From Candidatus Binatia bacterium (GTDB taxonomy: Bacteria; Desulfobacterota; Binatia; Bin18), in assembly GCA_963664395.2 (NCBI GenBank), contig OY761159.2, forward strand, positions 2,752,001 through 2,816,000: a DNA stretch of 64,000 bases, given 5' to 3'. How positions within the stretch are numbered: the first letter of the stretch is position 1; every line of letters starts with the position of its first letter. The notes beneath the pieces were generated by a model. It was not told the DNA's origin, made no database searches, and saw only the letters and a list, made by a program, of their open reading frames with translations. The position numbers were made by a program, and so were the translations under genes. Shown in pieces: positions 52,799 to 61,050 of the stretch.

Positions 52799-54460
52799 CT
52801 ACTCCACATCCGTCATCACAAAGTTCTGACTATTCTGTTGCCATTCCAGGGTGACGGTCTGCCCCAGAGCCGGGAAGTCCTCGACCATACAGTCCCCCTC
52901 AACGCCCCGCAGAAACTCCACGCCCAACGTCGTCACCCGTACCGTCGCCCGGCCCAGCTCTTCGCCGTCCACCCAGGCGACCACCGCATGCTCCCCATCG
53001 TCCAGCAGATTCCAGTTGAACAAGAGGCCAAAGCCATTGTCCGTATCCCCACACGCTTCTGCGGTATCCAGCCGCTCTGTGCCATACGTGGCCACGTGGC
53101 GCGCGACCTCTCCCCCCTCGCACACCCAGCCCGACAGCACCCGGACCCCACTCTGAAAGGAGTTGGGGCCGGGGTTCTCCAGATAGCCCACCCCGGCTGA
53201 CCCGGCCCGGTTCATTCCTGTCGGGGCCGGACCGGCTCGGATCACAAAGTTCTGCTGCGTCTCCTGCCATACCAGCGTCACGGTCTCCCCCAGAGCTGGG
53301 AAGTCCGGCACCGGACAGGTGCCGGCTACGTCTCGCAGAAACTCGCTCCCCAAGGTTGTCACCGTCACGGTAGCGCGGTCCAACTCGACGTCATTCACTC
53401 GGATGATCACCGTATGTTCCCCGGCCCCCAGCAGATTCCAGTTGAACAACAACCCAAAGCCGTTGTCCGTGTCGCCGCAGGTGTCTGCCGTGTCCAAGCG
53501 CGCCGTGCCATACGCGGCCTCCTGCCGCACGGTGGTCCCCCTCGCGGTCGCAATCTCGATCTCCACCGCCTCGGCCTCGCACACCCAGCCCGAGATAAGC
53601 CCGATGCCGCTCTGAAAGGACGCCGCGCCGGGGTTATCCAGATAGCCCTCAGGCTCAAAGGGCGGGGCCGACCGGCGCCCGCCACCACCACCCCCACTGC
53701 GCCCGCCACCGGTGGAGACCTCGGGGGGGACCTCGGTGGGGGGATCCGTGCCGCCACCGCCGGCGGCGACGGTGATGTCGAAGTCGTCGCTGACCGTCCC
53801 GCCCTTGCCGTCGCTGGCGGTCACCTGCACGGACACCGTCCCCACATCCGCCTCCGCCGGCGTGCCCGCGAAGGTCCGCGTGCCGGCGTCGAAGCTCAGC
53901 CATGTCGGCAGGTTCGTGCCGTCACCCTGCGTCGCCGTGTAGCTCAGCGTGTCGCTGTCCACGTCGCTGAACGTGGTCGTCGGGAAGGCGTAGCTGAACG
54001 CCGTGCCCGCCGTCGCCGTCTGGTCCGAAAGCGCGTTCGCCACCGTCGGCGCGGTGTTGGCGGCGGTGCCGGTGGTGGCGCTGGCGACGTTGGAGGGAAG
54101 GCCGGTGCCGATCGAGTTGATGGCCGAGACGCGGTAGTGGCGGGTGGTGCTGGCGGCCAGCTCGGTGTGCGCGGAGATGGTGGTGGTGCTGTTGGTGTTG
54201 GCGACCTGGTCGGTCCAGGTGGTGCCGCTATCGGAGGAGATCTCGATCTTGTAGCCGGTGATGACGCGGCCGCCGTTGTCGACCGGGGCGGTCCACGAGA
54301 GGTTGATCGTGGTGCTCCCGCTGGCGGTGGCCGTGAGGCCCGTCGGGGCGTCCGGGGCCGTCGGGGCGTTGGCCGGCCGGGTGGAGTTGTTGGTGACGGC
54401 GGGGACGCCGCCGGCGCCGGTGGTGAAGGACGCGGCGTCGTTGCCGGCGGTGTCCTGGAT
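52799..54460 (-). pseudogene. 5'-truncated adhesin-like gene (SwmB tail, FN3, putative Ig/He_PIG, 2x module)
   Basis: open frame from 54460 (IQDTAGN...) cut exactly at the TIR starting 54461. Confidence 0.8.
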
Positions 54461-54565
54461 GGGAATTATATATCACGTTACCCGTAGGCCACACGTAGCC
54501 TGCATTCTTCCTACACATACAGCTATATAACAAAAATGGGGCTGGGATAGTAATCGACGGATATG
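54461..54565 (+). mobile_element. 'long' end of TIR element (copy C); partner end not in window
   Basis: GGGAATTATATATCACGTTACCCGTAGGCCA plus conserved subterminal region. Confidence 0.85.
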
Positions 54566-54594
54566 GGGGAGAGGAGGCACTGCTCCCCCATGCT

Positions 54595-54867
54595 TTAGGC
54601 TGCGGGTTGATTGCGCTCTAGTAACCGCTCGATGCCCGCGCCCATCTTTGCGAGGGCCGCACTTTGATCTCGAATGCCCGCGCCGATGTCTTCAAGCACC
54701 TTGCCTTGCCGCTCCAATGCGGTGCCTTGCCGCTCCATTGATTTGTTGAGCACCATCGTCTGTTCCGCCCGACCCTCACTGCTCTTCTTCATCCAGCCAA
54801 TGCCCCAAAGAATGACGCCGAGCTGTGTGCCATACAAAAGAAGAGAGAAACTCTCGAATAATGTCAT
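54595..54867 (-). CDS. small TM plus coiled-coil hypothetical protein
   Basis: N-terminal TM, heptad repeats ERQGTAL/ERQGKVL. Confidence 0.6.
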   Translation of the reverse strand: MTLFESFSLLLYGTQLGVILWGIGWMKKSSEGRAEQTMVLNKSMERQGTALERQGKVLEDIGAGIRDQSAALAKMGAGIERLLERNQPAA

Positions 54868-55042
54868 AATTGCACCATCCTGAATATATCCTTCATAACA
54901 AAATCAGGCCGCGCTGTCTGGAGCCTCATTCCCTCCGCGCCCGCTCACTTTTCCTATCCACATTCTCTATATAACAAAAATGGGGATAAGAGAGTAAGTG
55001 ACTGTTAGAGGACCGTATCAATGAGTCAGGAAGGATGTTCTT

Positions 55043-55489
55043 CTAGTGGAGCGTGGCGGCAACAACGAGAGAATGATCTTCCTCAGCAATATACACCTCA
55101 TATGTGACGCGATTCAGACGGGACCCCTCTTCCCGCAGCCGATGCGTTCCCCCATCTCCCTCCGATCTTGACGCTAAACGGCGTCCACTGACTTGCGCCT
55201 CACATCTCCGCAGGCCAATGTCTTTGTCCCACTCGGTCATGTGGATATAGTAAAGCGTAAACGGCTGATTGCGGAACACATCCATGCCCTCTTTATCTGT
55301 ATAAGAAAGATGTCTCGTATTGTGGGCGACAAGATTCTCTTGCACTATGTCGAGAGCCAGTGCTTGTACGTCCGCATCACCGCACATAGGCGAAACAAGC
55401 GCATTGGGAAGCGTCTGCCCCTCACTACATCCCACACCACAGACCGTAAGACTACAGAGTAGGAACACCCGCAGAAAGGGATTCATCAT
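55043..55489 (-). CDS. hypothetical lipoprotein-like protein
   Basis: signal with GVGC lipobox-like motif; AGGAGG RBS. Confidence 0.6.
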   Translation of the reverse strand: MMNPFLRVFLLCSLTVCGVGCSEGQTLPNALVSPMCGDADVQALALDIVQENLVAHNTRHLSYTDKEGMDVFRNQPFTLYYIHMTEWDKDIGLRRCEAQVSGRRLASRSEGDGGTHRLREEGSRLNRVTYEVYIAEEDHSLVVAATLH

Positions 55490-55532
55490 GCCCTCCTTTT
55501 ACGCCGCCATCTTCCGCTTGATATACCCCTTG

Positions 55533-55826
55533 CTAGCGCTGCCTCAGCGAGTTCGCGCGGCTTGTTGGTCTCGGCACACAATCAGCATCGCAAGAATAGA
55601 TAATTCTAGCGCTTCCACTCTTCCCAACTCCCTTAAGACGGAGCCGGTCTTTAACTACTGAGTATTCGCCTAACTTAGGTATTTGGTGACTTGTATAGGG
55701 GGTCCCAGATGTACTGCATTTGTCTAGGTACTTTTTAACAGTATCTTGTAAATCCGGGTGTTTCCTTATGAGCAGCTTAAGACTTTTAGAAAAGCCCTCG
55801 GTGTAGATAACTTTACGGGACTTCAT
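55533..55826 (-). CDS. RelE/HigB-like toxin, C-terminus probably truncated
   Basis: YTEGFSKSLKLL...GKSGSARIIY. Confidence 0.65.
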   Translation of the reverse strand: MKSRKVIYTEGFSKSLKLLIRKHPDLQDTVKKYLDKCSTSGTPYTSHQIPKLGEYSVVKDRLRLKGVGKSGSARIIYSCDADCVPRPTSRANSLRQR

Positions 55827-56252
55827 TTACCGCCAAGCTTTTTTCAAGCAAGTTCTTAAATTCCAAGCTTGCCGCTAATGAGAGCGATTCCGACGCATCT
55901 TCTGCAAAGCATGCCGCATCATCAAGAAGTCGTTGGGTAGCAGAAGAAAATGCTATGCGTGCAGATTTTTTTTAGCCTCATCTATCCTTTCTGAAAGCCC
56001 AAGCAATTGCTCAGACCTATCTTCGCACCACGAACGATCTTCATCTGTTTCAATAACGAGAAACCCAATCATTTTAACAATACGCGCCAGTTGCCAGCGA
56101 ACTTGAAGCGCCATAACCAGAATCAAAAAACTACAAGACACAGCCTCGAAGATTTTCACATGTTCTCGATAAAGTCGCTCCAATATTTTCCTAGTGCGGT
56201 TATTTGACTCTGTTGTAACCGTCTCCAGCACCGAGAAACTGGTTGTTACCAT
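55813..56252 (-). pseudogene. putative antitoxin partner, frameshifted at an A8 tract
   Basis: adding one A at 55966-55973 extends the ORF to overlap the toxin start. Confidence 0.55.
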
Positions 56253-56307
56253 GTGTAGTCTCCTTTTATTTATCGCAGCGCGGTGGCGTCTCTTTCAAGA
56301 GTAGGTT

Positions 56308-57129
56308 TCAGCAGGATAAGAGGCTACCGGGTCCGTTTCTCAAGTTTGGTAGTACCCCCTCCTCTATCTCGGAAGTATATACCAGCTTACCCATAGCCGA
56401 AAATACCGCTGCATCAAAAAGGCATGGGGGAGTCTCGGCCTTCTCACATAACTCCTGAATGCCGTCCAACACAAATTCATAAAACTCTTGGTTAGTAAGC
56501 ATGCCGGCATGAAGTTTCGCATGACCCTGGGGTAGGGACTGATTCAGCCATTTGATAACCCGACTGTCGAGGGGAATTTCGTACCGAGTCAGCCCAAGCA
56601 ACTGAAGCAGGTTACGGGATTGTTTCGGACCGAACCCCTTGAATACCTGGGCGATCTCCTGCGCGACCCTACGCTCCTCCTTAGCCGAGACAAGTCTGGT
56701 CAACTGATTGCATTTGGGGAGGACGTTCTGCCACCCCTTTTCCTTCTCAAGATACTGCAAATTGTACGTGAGGTCCCGCGCACTCTGCTTGTACTTTCCA
56801 ATCCCATGCGTACGAACAGTCTCTCGAATAAATCCCTCTTTCCCTCTTTTGGGGCGCACGATTTCATAGGCGAGAGGGAAGGGGCTCTCTCTTCCTAGTT
56901 TATCTACTGGACTCCCTGGCCCCACTTTGTTCTGCATGGTAAGGCGAGCCAGGACCATTTCACGCCAAAAGTCCTCTTTCCTTACGTCTGGCTTTTTTGC
57001 GGCAAGGTTCTTCGCCCGCTCTGTGGCCAGTTGCTGGAACAGGGGCGCTTGCGCCTGGCTCTCAAGAACCTCCTGAACGCGGGCTATGTCACGACCCTGA
57101 GTTTTCCACTGAATCTCCAACATTCTCAA
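56308..57129 (-). CDS. HhH-superfamily (8-oxoG glycosylase-like) protein
   Basis: FKGFGPKQSRNLLQ...IPLDSR HhH-K...D pattern. Confidence 0.55.
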   Translation of the reverse strand: MRMLEIQWKTQGRDIARVQEVLESQAQAPLFQQLATERAKNLAAKKPDVRKEDFWREMVLARLTMQNKVGPGSPVDKLGRESPFPLAYEIVRPKRGKEGFIRETVRTHGIGKYKQSARDLTYNLQYLEKEKGWQNVLPKCNQLTRLVSAKEERRVAQEIAQVFKGFGPKQSRNLLQLLGLTRYEIPLDSRVIKWLNQSLPQGHAKLHAGMLTNQEFYEFVLDGIQELCEKAETPPCLFDAAVFSAMGKLVYTSEIEEGVLPNLRNGPGSLLSC

Positions 57130-57326
57130 TCTCCGTTCTTCTCGATGCGCGCCACTCCCCGTTCATCAATGCAGTAGGCCACTTCCCTCATAAAAGTGGA
57201 ATAAGCATCCAGGACTCGTAGTTCCTGCAAAACCCCAGGGGCCAACCGAGTATAGACGAAATCATTGGTATAGTGACCAATTACAGACGGACGCTTGACG
57301 CCAATTGGACCCCGCCCGGGGGTCAT
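57126..57326 (-). pseudogene. P63C-domain remnant
   Basis: KRPSVIGHYTNDFVYTRLAPGVLQEL. Confidence 0.6.
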
Positions 57327-57442
57327 CAGTAAAATAAATTAGTTACATGCTTGCAGACAGTATGTATCGACGACACTCTGGCTGTCCGGAGTCCGAGCCG
57401 GGTGTAGTCAGATGCTGACCCCCCGCTTGGTCTCCGCCTGCG

Positions 57443-60400
57443 CTAGCGGTGTTCTACCTCCACCGCGTTGCTACTGCAGTTGTTGGTGGTATCCGTCTCG
57501 CCCCGCGCCGCGACCACACAAGCCCAGTAGTAGTAGGTCCCCGGCTCTGGCTGAGGATCGGGGAAGGTGTACGTCAACTCACGATAATAAGTCGTATTGG
57601 GCTGGACAACATGAACCCTCCACCCCGAGTCTAACCTCTTGTCGTTGGATGCCGATATCGCCGCATCGCTCGACCGATAGAACCAGAGCCTGGTAGGAAA
57701 TGACTCCCCGGTTCCGTCATTCCGCACGCGCGCGACGAGCGTACCTCCCCCAGCTCTCATCTCGCTGACAACAAGGTCCGATGCCCCCGCTATTGCGGTC
57801 CGCACGGACGTGAACGGCCCCCCGCTCGAACAGGCGATGGTGGAATCCGGATCGCTCGTCGCCGCATCGACGCACGCCCCGTAATACCATTCGCCGGTGG
57901 TCCCGGGCGCCGTCAGCGTAATCGATTCCCGTCTCCAAGCCGACCTGGAAGACGAGAACGCCTCCATCGCGATTGTGCCCACCTCCGTGTCCGATCTCGT
58001 AATCGTCCTGTCCGGCGAGCGGTAGAGGCGCAGCGTCGTCGCCGGCAAAGCCACATACCCAGGGCTCAATGTCACCGACATCGAGAATGTCTCGCCCGGC
58101 GTTACGGTGGCGGACACAACTACCTTCACCCCTACGTTGGCCCAAGGGTTATTTTCGGGTTGCGTCTGCTCTACCCCTACCTGCACGCGTACCCCGCTCG
58201 AACAGTTGTTCGTCGTGTCCCCTTCCTTATGCACCGCGTCCACGCAGGCGCCGTAGTAGTAGGTTCTGACGCTCGTCGGCGCGGTTATCAAGCCCGTCGC
58301 GTGGTAGGTCATCCCGACGAGAAGATCGCGAACCGAATACGTGCCCAGCTCCGTGTCCCACGTCGTGATCGTCGCGTCCGTCGAGCGGTAGAACCGCAGC
58401 GTCGTACGCGTTGCCCAGTAGCCGCCCGCGTTGCGCACCGTCGCCGAGAAGGTGAAGGCCGTTCCGGCGGCCGGGCTGTCGTTGCTCACCCCGGGTGAAA
58501 GCACCACTAGGTCCGGTGGCGTTCCCCGAACCGGACCCGGACCCGGACCCTGACTCGTGATCGGAACCGGAACCGGACCCGCGACCCTGACCGTGACCGT
58601 CACGGCCGGGGAGCAGTTGTTGGTCGTGTCCGACTCATCCGTCACCGCATCGACGCACGCCCCGTAGTAGTACGTGCCGGGGCTCGAGGGCGCCGTCACC
58701 GGAGTCGCCATGCGGGGGCTGCCCGCCGCCGCGAGCGCGCGCACCGCGTCCGTCCCCACCTCCGTGTCCTCCGTCGTGATCGTCGCGTCCGGCGAGCGGT
58801 AGTAGCGCAGCGTCGTGGCCGCCGACTCTCCGTCGCCCGTGTTCGTTACCGTAGCAAACAAGTAATCGCTCTCTCCGGTCTCGGGAGTGTTGTTGGTTAT
58901 CCTCAGCGCCCCTACCACCAGGTCCGGTTGGCTCTGAATTTGCTGCTGCGTTACCAGAACCGTTACCTCTCTAGAGGACGAGCAGTTGTTGGTCGTGTCG
59001 GACTCGTCCGCCACCGCGTCCACGCACGCGCCGTAGTAGTATGCGCCGGGGCTCGAGGGCGCCGTCAGCGCAATCGACTCGCTGCTGGTCCCCGAAGCGG
59101 CCAGCCCCGCCACCGCGGCCGTGCCCACCGCCGTGTCCGTTGCCGTGATCGTCGCGTCCGTTGACCGGTAGAACCGCAGCGTTGTAGCGGCAGCGGCGCC
59201 GTCCCCCTCGTTCCGTACCGTGGCCGACAGCGTGAACGGCGCACCCGCCTCCAGGGTATCCTCGCTCACCGACGGCGCCGTCACCGCCAAGTCCCCGCCC
59301 GCCGGCTCCCGCCGGTTCTGCGGCGCGGTGGGGGTGGACCGCCCGCCCGCCGATGTCCCCCGGCTCCCGCCCGCCGATGTCCCCTGGCTCCCGCCCGCGG
59401 CACGCGCCGCCGGCGGCGCAGTGACCGCGCCCGCCGTATAGTCCACTATCACAAAGTTCTGACTGGTCTGGTGCCATGCCAGCGTGACCGTCTGGGCCAG
59501 AGCCGGGAAGTCCTCCACCACACACTCGCCCTCAGCCCCCCGCACAAACTCCTCGCCCAGGGTCGTCACCCGCACCGTGGCCCGGCCTAACTCCATGTCG
59601 TCCACATAGGCCACGACCTCGTGCTCCCCCTCGCCCAGCAGGTTCCAGTTGAACAACAACCCAAACCCGTTGTCCGTGTCCCCACACGCCTGCAGCGTGT
59701 CCTGCCGCTCCGTGCCATACGCGGCCGGCTGTGGCACCCCGTTCAGCGCAATCAGGACCACATCCCCCTCACACACCCAGCCCGAGATGACCCCAATGCC
59801 ACTCTGAAAGGAGTCGGGGCCCGGATTCTCCAGATACCCCACCCCCGGCACCCCCGCCCGGTTCTCCCCGCTCGGGGCCATGCCGCTGGCGAGGACAAAG
59901 TTCTGCTGCGTCTCCTGCCACACCAGCGCACCCGTCTCGCCCACCATGGGGAAGTCGGGTGCTGCACATGTCCCCGTCACGCCCCGCACAAACTCCGCCC
60001 CCAGGGTGGTGACCGTCACCGTGGCGCGACCCAATTCAACGTCATCCACAAACGCCACGACTTCGTGCTCCCCGTCGCCCAACAGGTTCCAGTTGACCAA
60101 GAGCCCAAAGCCGTTGTCCGTATCCCCACACGCGGCTGCCGTGTCGCGCCGCTCCGTGCCATACCCGGCTTCCTGACTGATCGTTCTCCCATCTGCGGTT
60201 TCTATGACAATTTCGACCGCGTCGGCCGCACATACCCAACCCGAAATCACCCCGATGCCGCTCTGAAACGCATGCAGCCCCGGATTCTCCAGAGAGCCGC
60301 TGGACTCCGCAGACATCTCGCTGCCACCGCCCTTGCGGCCGCTGCTCCCAGAAGCGGTCCCAGTGCCCCCGGTAGTGCCCCCGGTAGTGCCCCCACCAGT

Positions 60401-60838
60401 GCCCCCGGTAGTGCCCCCACCAGTGCCCCCGGTGGCGGCACTGGCCATCGTATCGAGGTCAACATACTTAACCTCAGGCAGACCCTCGATGGCGCGCTGC
60501 TCAGCCTTGAGTTCGGCCAGCGTCAGGGTGTCAGGCACGTGTTCGGCAATGAGCTGCTTGAGGCCGTCCAGCCGGCGCGCGACCGTCCAGCCCGCGCGCT
60601 GCTCCACTGCCGCGGCGGCCTGATCTACGGTGGAGCCCTGCGCTACTGCTATGAGGAGGGTGTCCAGGATCACACAGGCGTCACCATCACGGGCGACGCG
60701 GCCAAAGCCGCGCGTCTCGTCACAGGGGGCCGCGTCGCCCTGGGCTGCGACCGGCGGGCTGGCCGCCAGACCCACGATAAGCAATACCGCGGCCAGGACG
60801 AGGCCAGCTCTCAGTCTTCTACCTTCAGTCTTTCTCAT
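57443..60838 (-). CDS. large secreted protein: propeptide-like domain, Gly linker, 2x module, ~5 CARDB-like repeats
   Basis: signal peptide; repeated LRFYRS.D.TIT...YYYGACVDAV..ESDTTNNCS. Confidence 0.8.
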   Translation of the reverse strand: MRKTEGRRLRAGLVLAAVLLIVGLAASPPVAAQGDAAPCDETRGFGRVARDGDACVILDTLLIAVAQGSTVDQAAAAVEQRAGWTVARRLDGLKQLIAEHVPDTLTLAELKAEQRAIEGLPEVKYVDLDTMASAATGGTGGGTTGGTGGGTTGGTTGGTGTASGSSGRKGGGSEMSAESSGSLENPGLHAFQSGIGVISGWVCAADAVEIVIETADGRTISQEAGYGTERRDTAAACGDTDNGFGLLVNWNLLGDGEHEVVAFVDDVELGRATVTVTTLGAEFVRGVTGTCAAPDFPMVGETGALVWQETQQNFVLASGMAPSGENRAGVPGVGYLENPGPDSFQSGIGVISGWVCEGDVVLIALNGVPQPAAYGTERQDTLQACGDTDNGFGLLFNWNLLGEGEHEVVAYVDDMELGRATVRVTTLGEEFVRGAEGECVVEDFPALAQTVTLAWHQTSQNFVIVDYTAGAVTAPPAARAAGGSQGTSAGGSRGTSAGGRSTPTAPQNRREPAGGDLAVTAPSVSEDTLEAGAPFTLSATVRNEGDGAAAATTLRFYRSTDATITATDTAVGTAAVAGLAASGTSSESIALTAPSSPGAYYYGACVDAVADESDTTNNCSSSREVTVLVTQQQIQSQPDLVVGALRITNNTPETGESDYLFATVTNTGDGESAATTLRYYRSPDATITTEDTEVGTDAVRALAAAGSPRMATPVTAPSSPGTYYYGACVDAVTDESDTTNNCSPAVTVTVRVAGPVPVPITSQGPGPGPVRGTPPDLVVLSPGVSNDSPAAGTAFTFSATVRNAGGYWATRTTLRFYRSTDATITTWDTELGTYSVRDLLVGMTYHATGLITAPTSVRTYYYGACVDAVHKEGDTTNNCSSGVRVQVGVEQTQPENNPWANVGVKVVVSATVTPGETFSMSVTLSPGYVALPATTLRLYRSPDRTITRSDTEVGTIAMEAFSSSRSAWRRESITLTAPGTTGEWYYGACVDAATSDPDSTIACSSGGPFTSVRTAIAGASDLVVSEMRAGGGTLVARVRNDGTGESFPTRLWFYRSSDAAISASNDKRLDSGWRVHVVQPNTTYYRELTYTFPDPQPEPGTYYYWACVVAARGETDTTNNCSSNAVEVEHR

Positions 60839-61050
60839 CTCCCACCCTTCCTGTTCTTGCTCGGGCCTTCCCTGCCTCGCCATCTTCTCTTGCCGGGCAG
60901 TGGCACGGCGGCGGGGGGGATAGTGCGGTTACCGACCCCCAGAGAAGGTCCCTTATAATTCAATGCCGTAGCCCCTGTCCCCTATCAAATGGTAGAAAAA
61001 TGACCCCGCCCGGGCCTGCGCATGTCACCGGGCCGGGATGAGCAGAGCCG

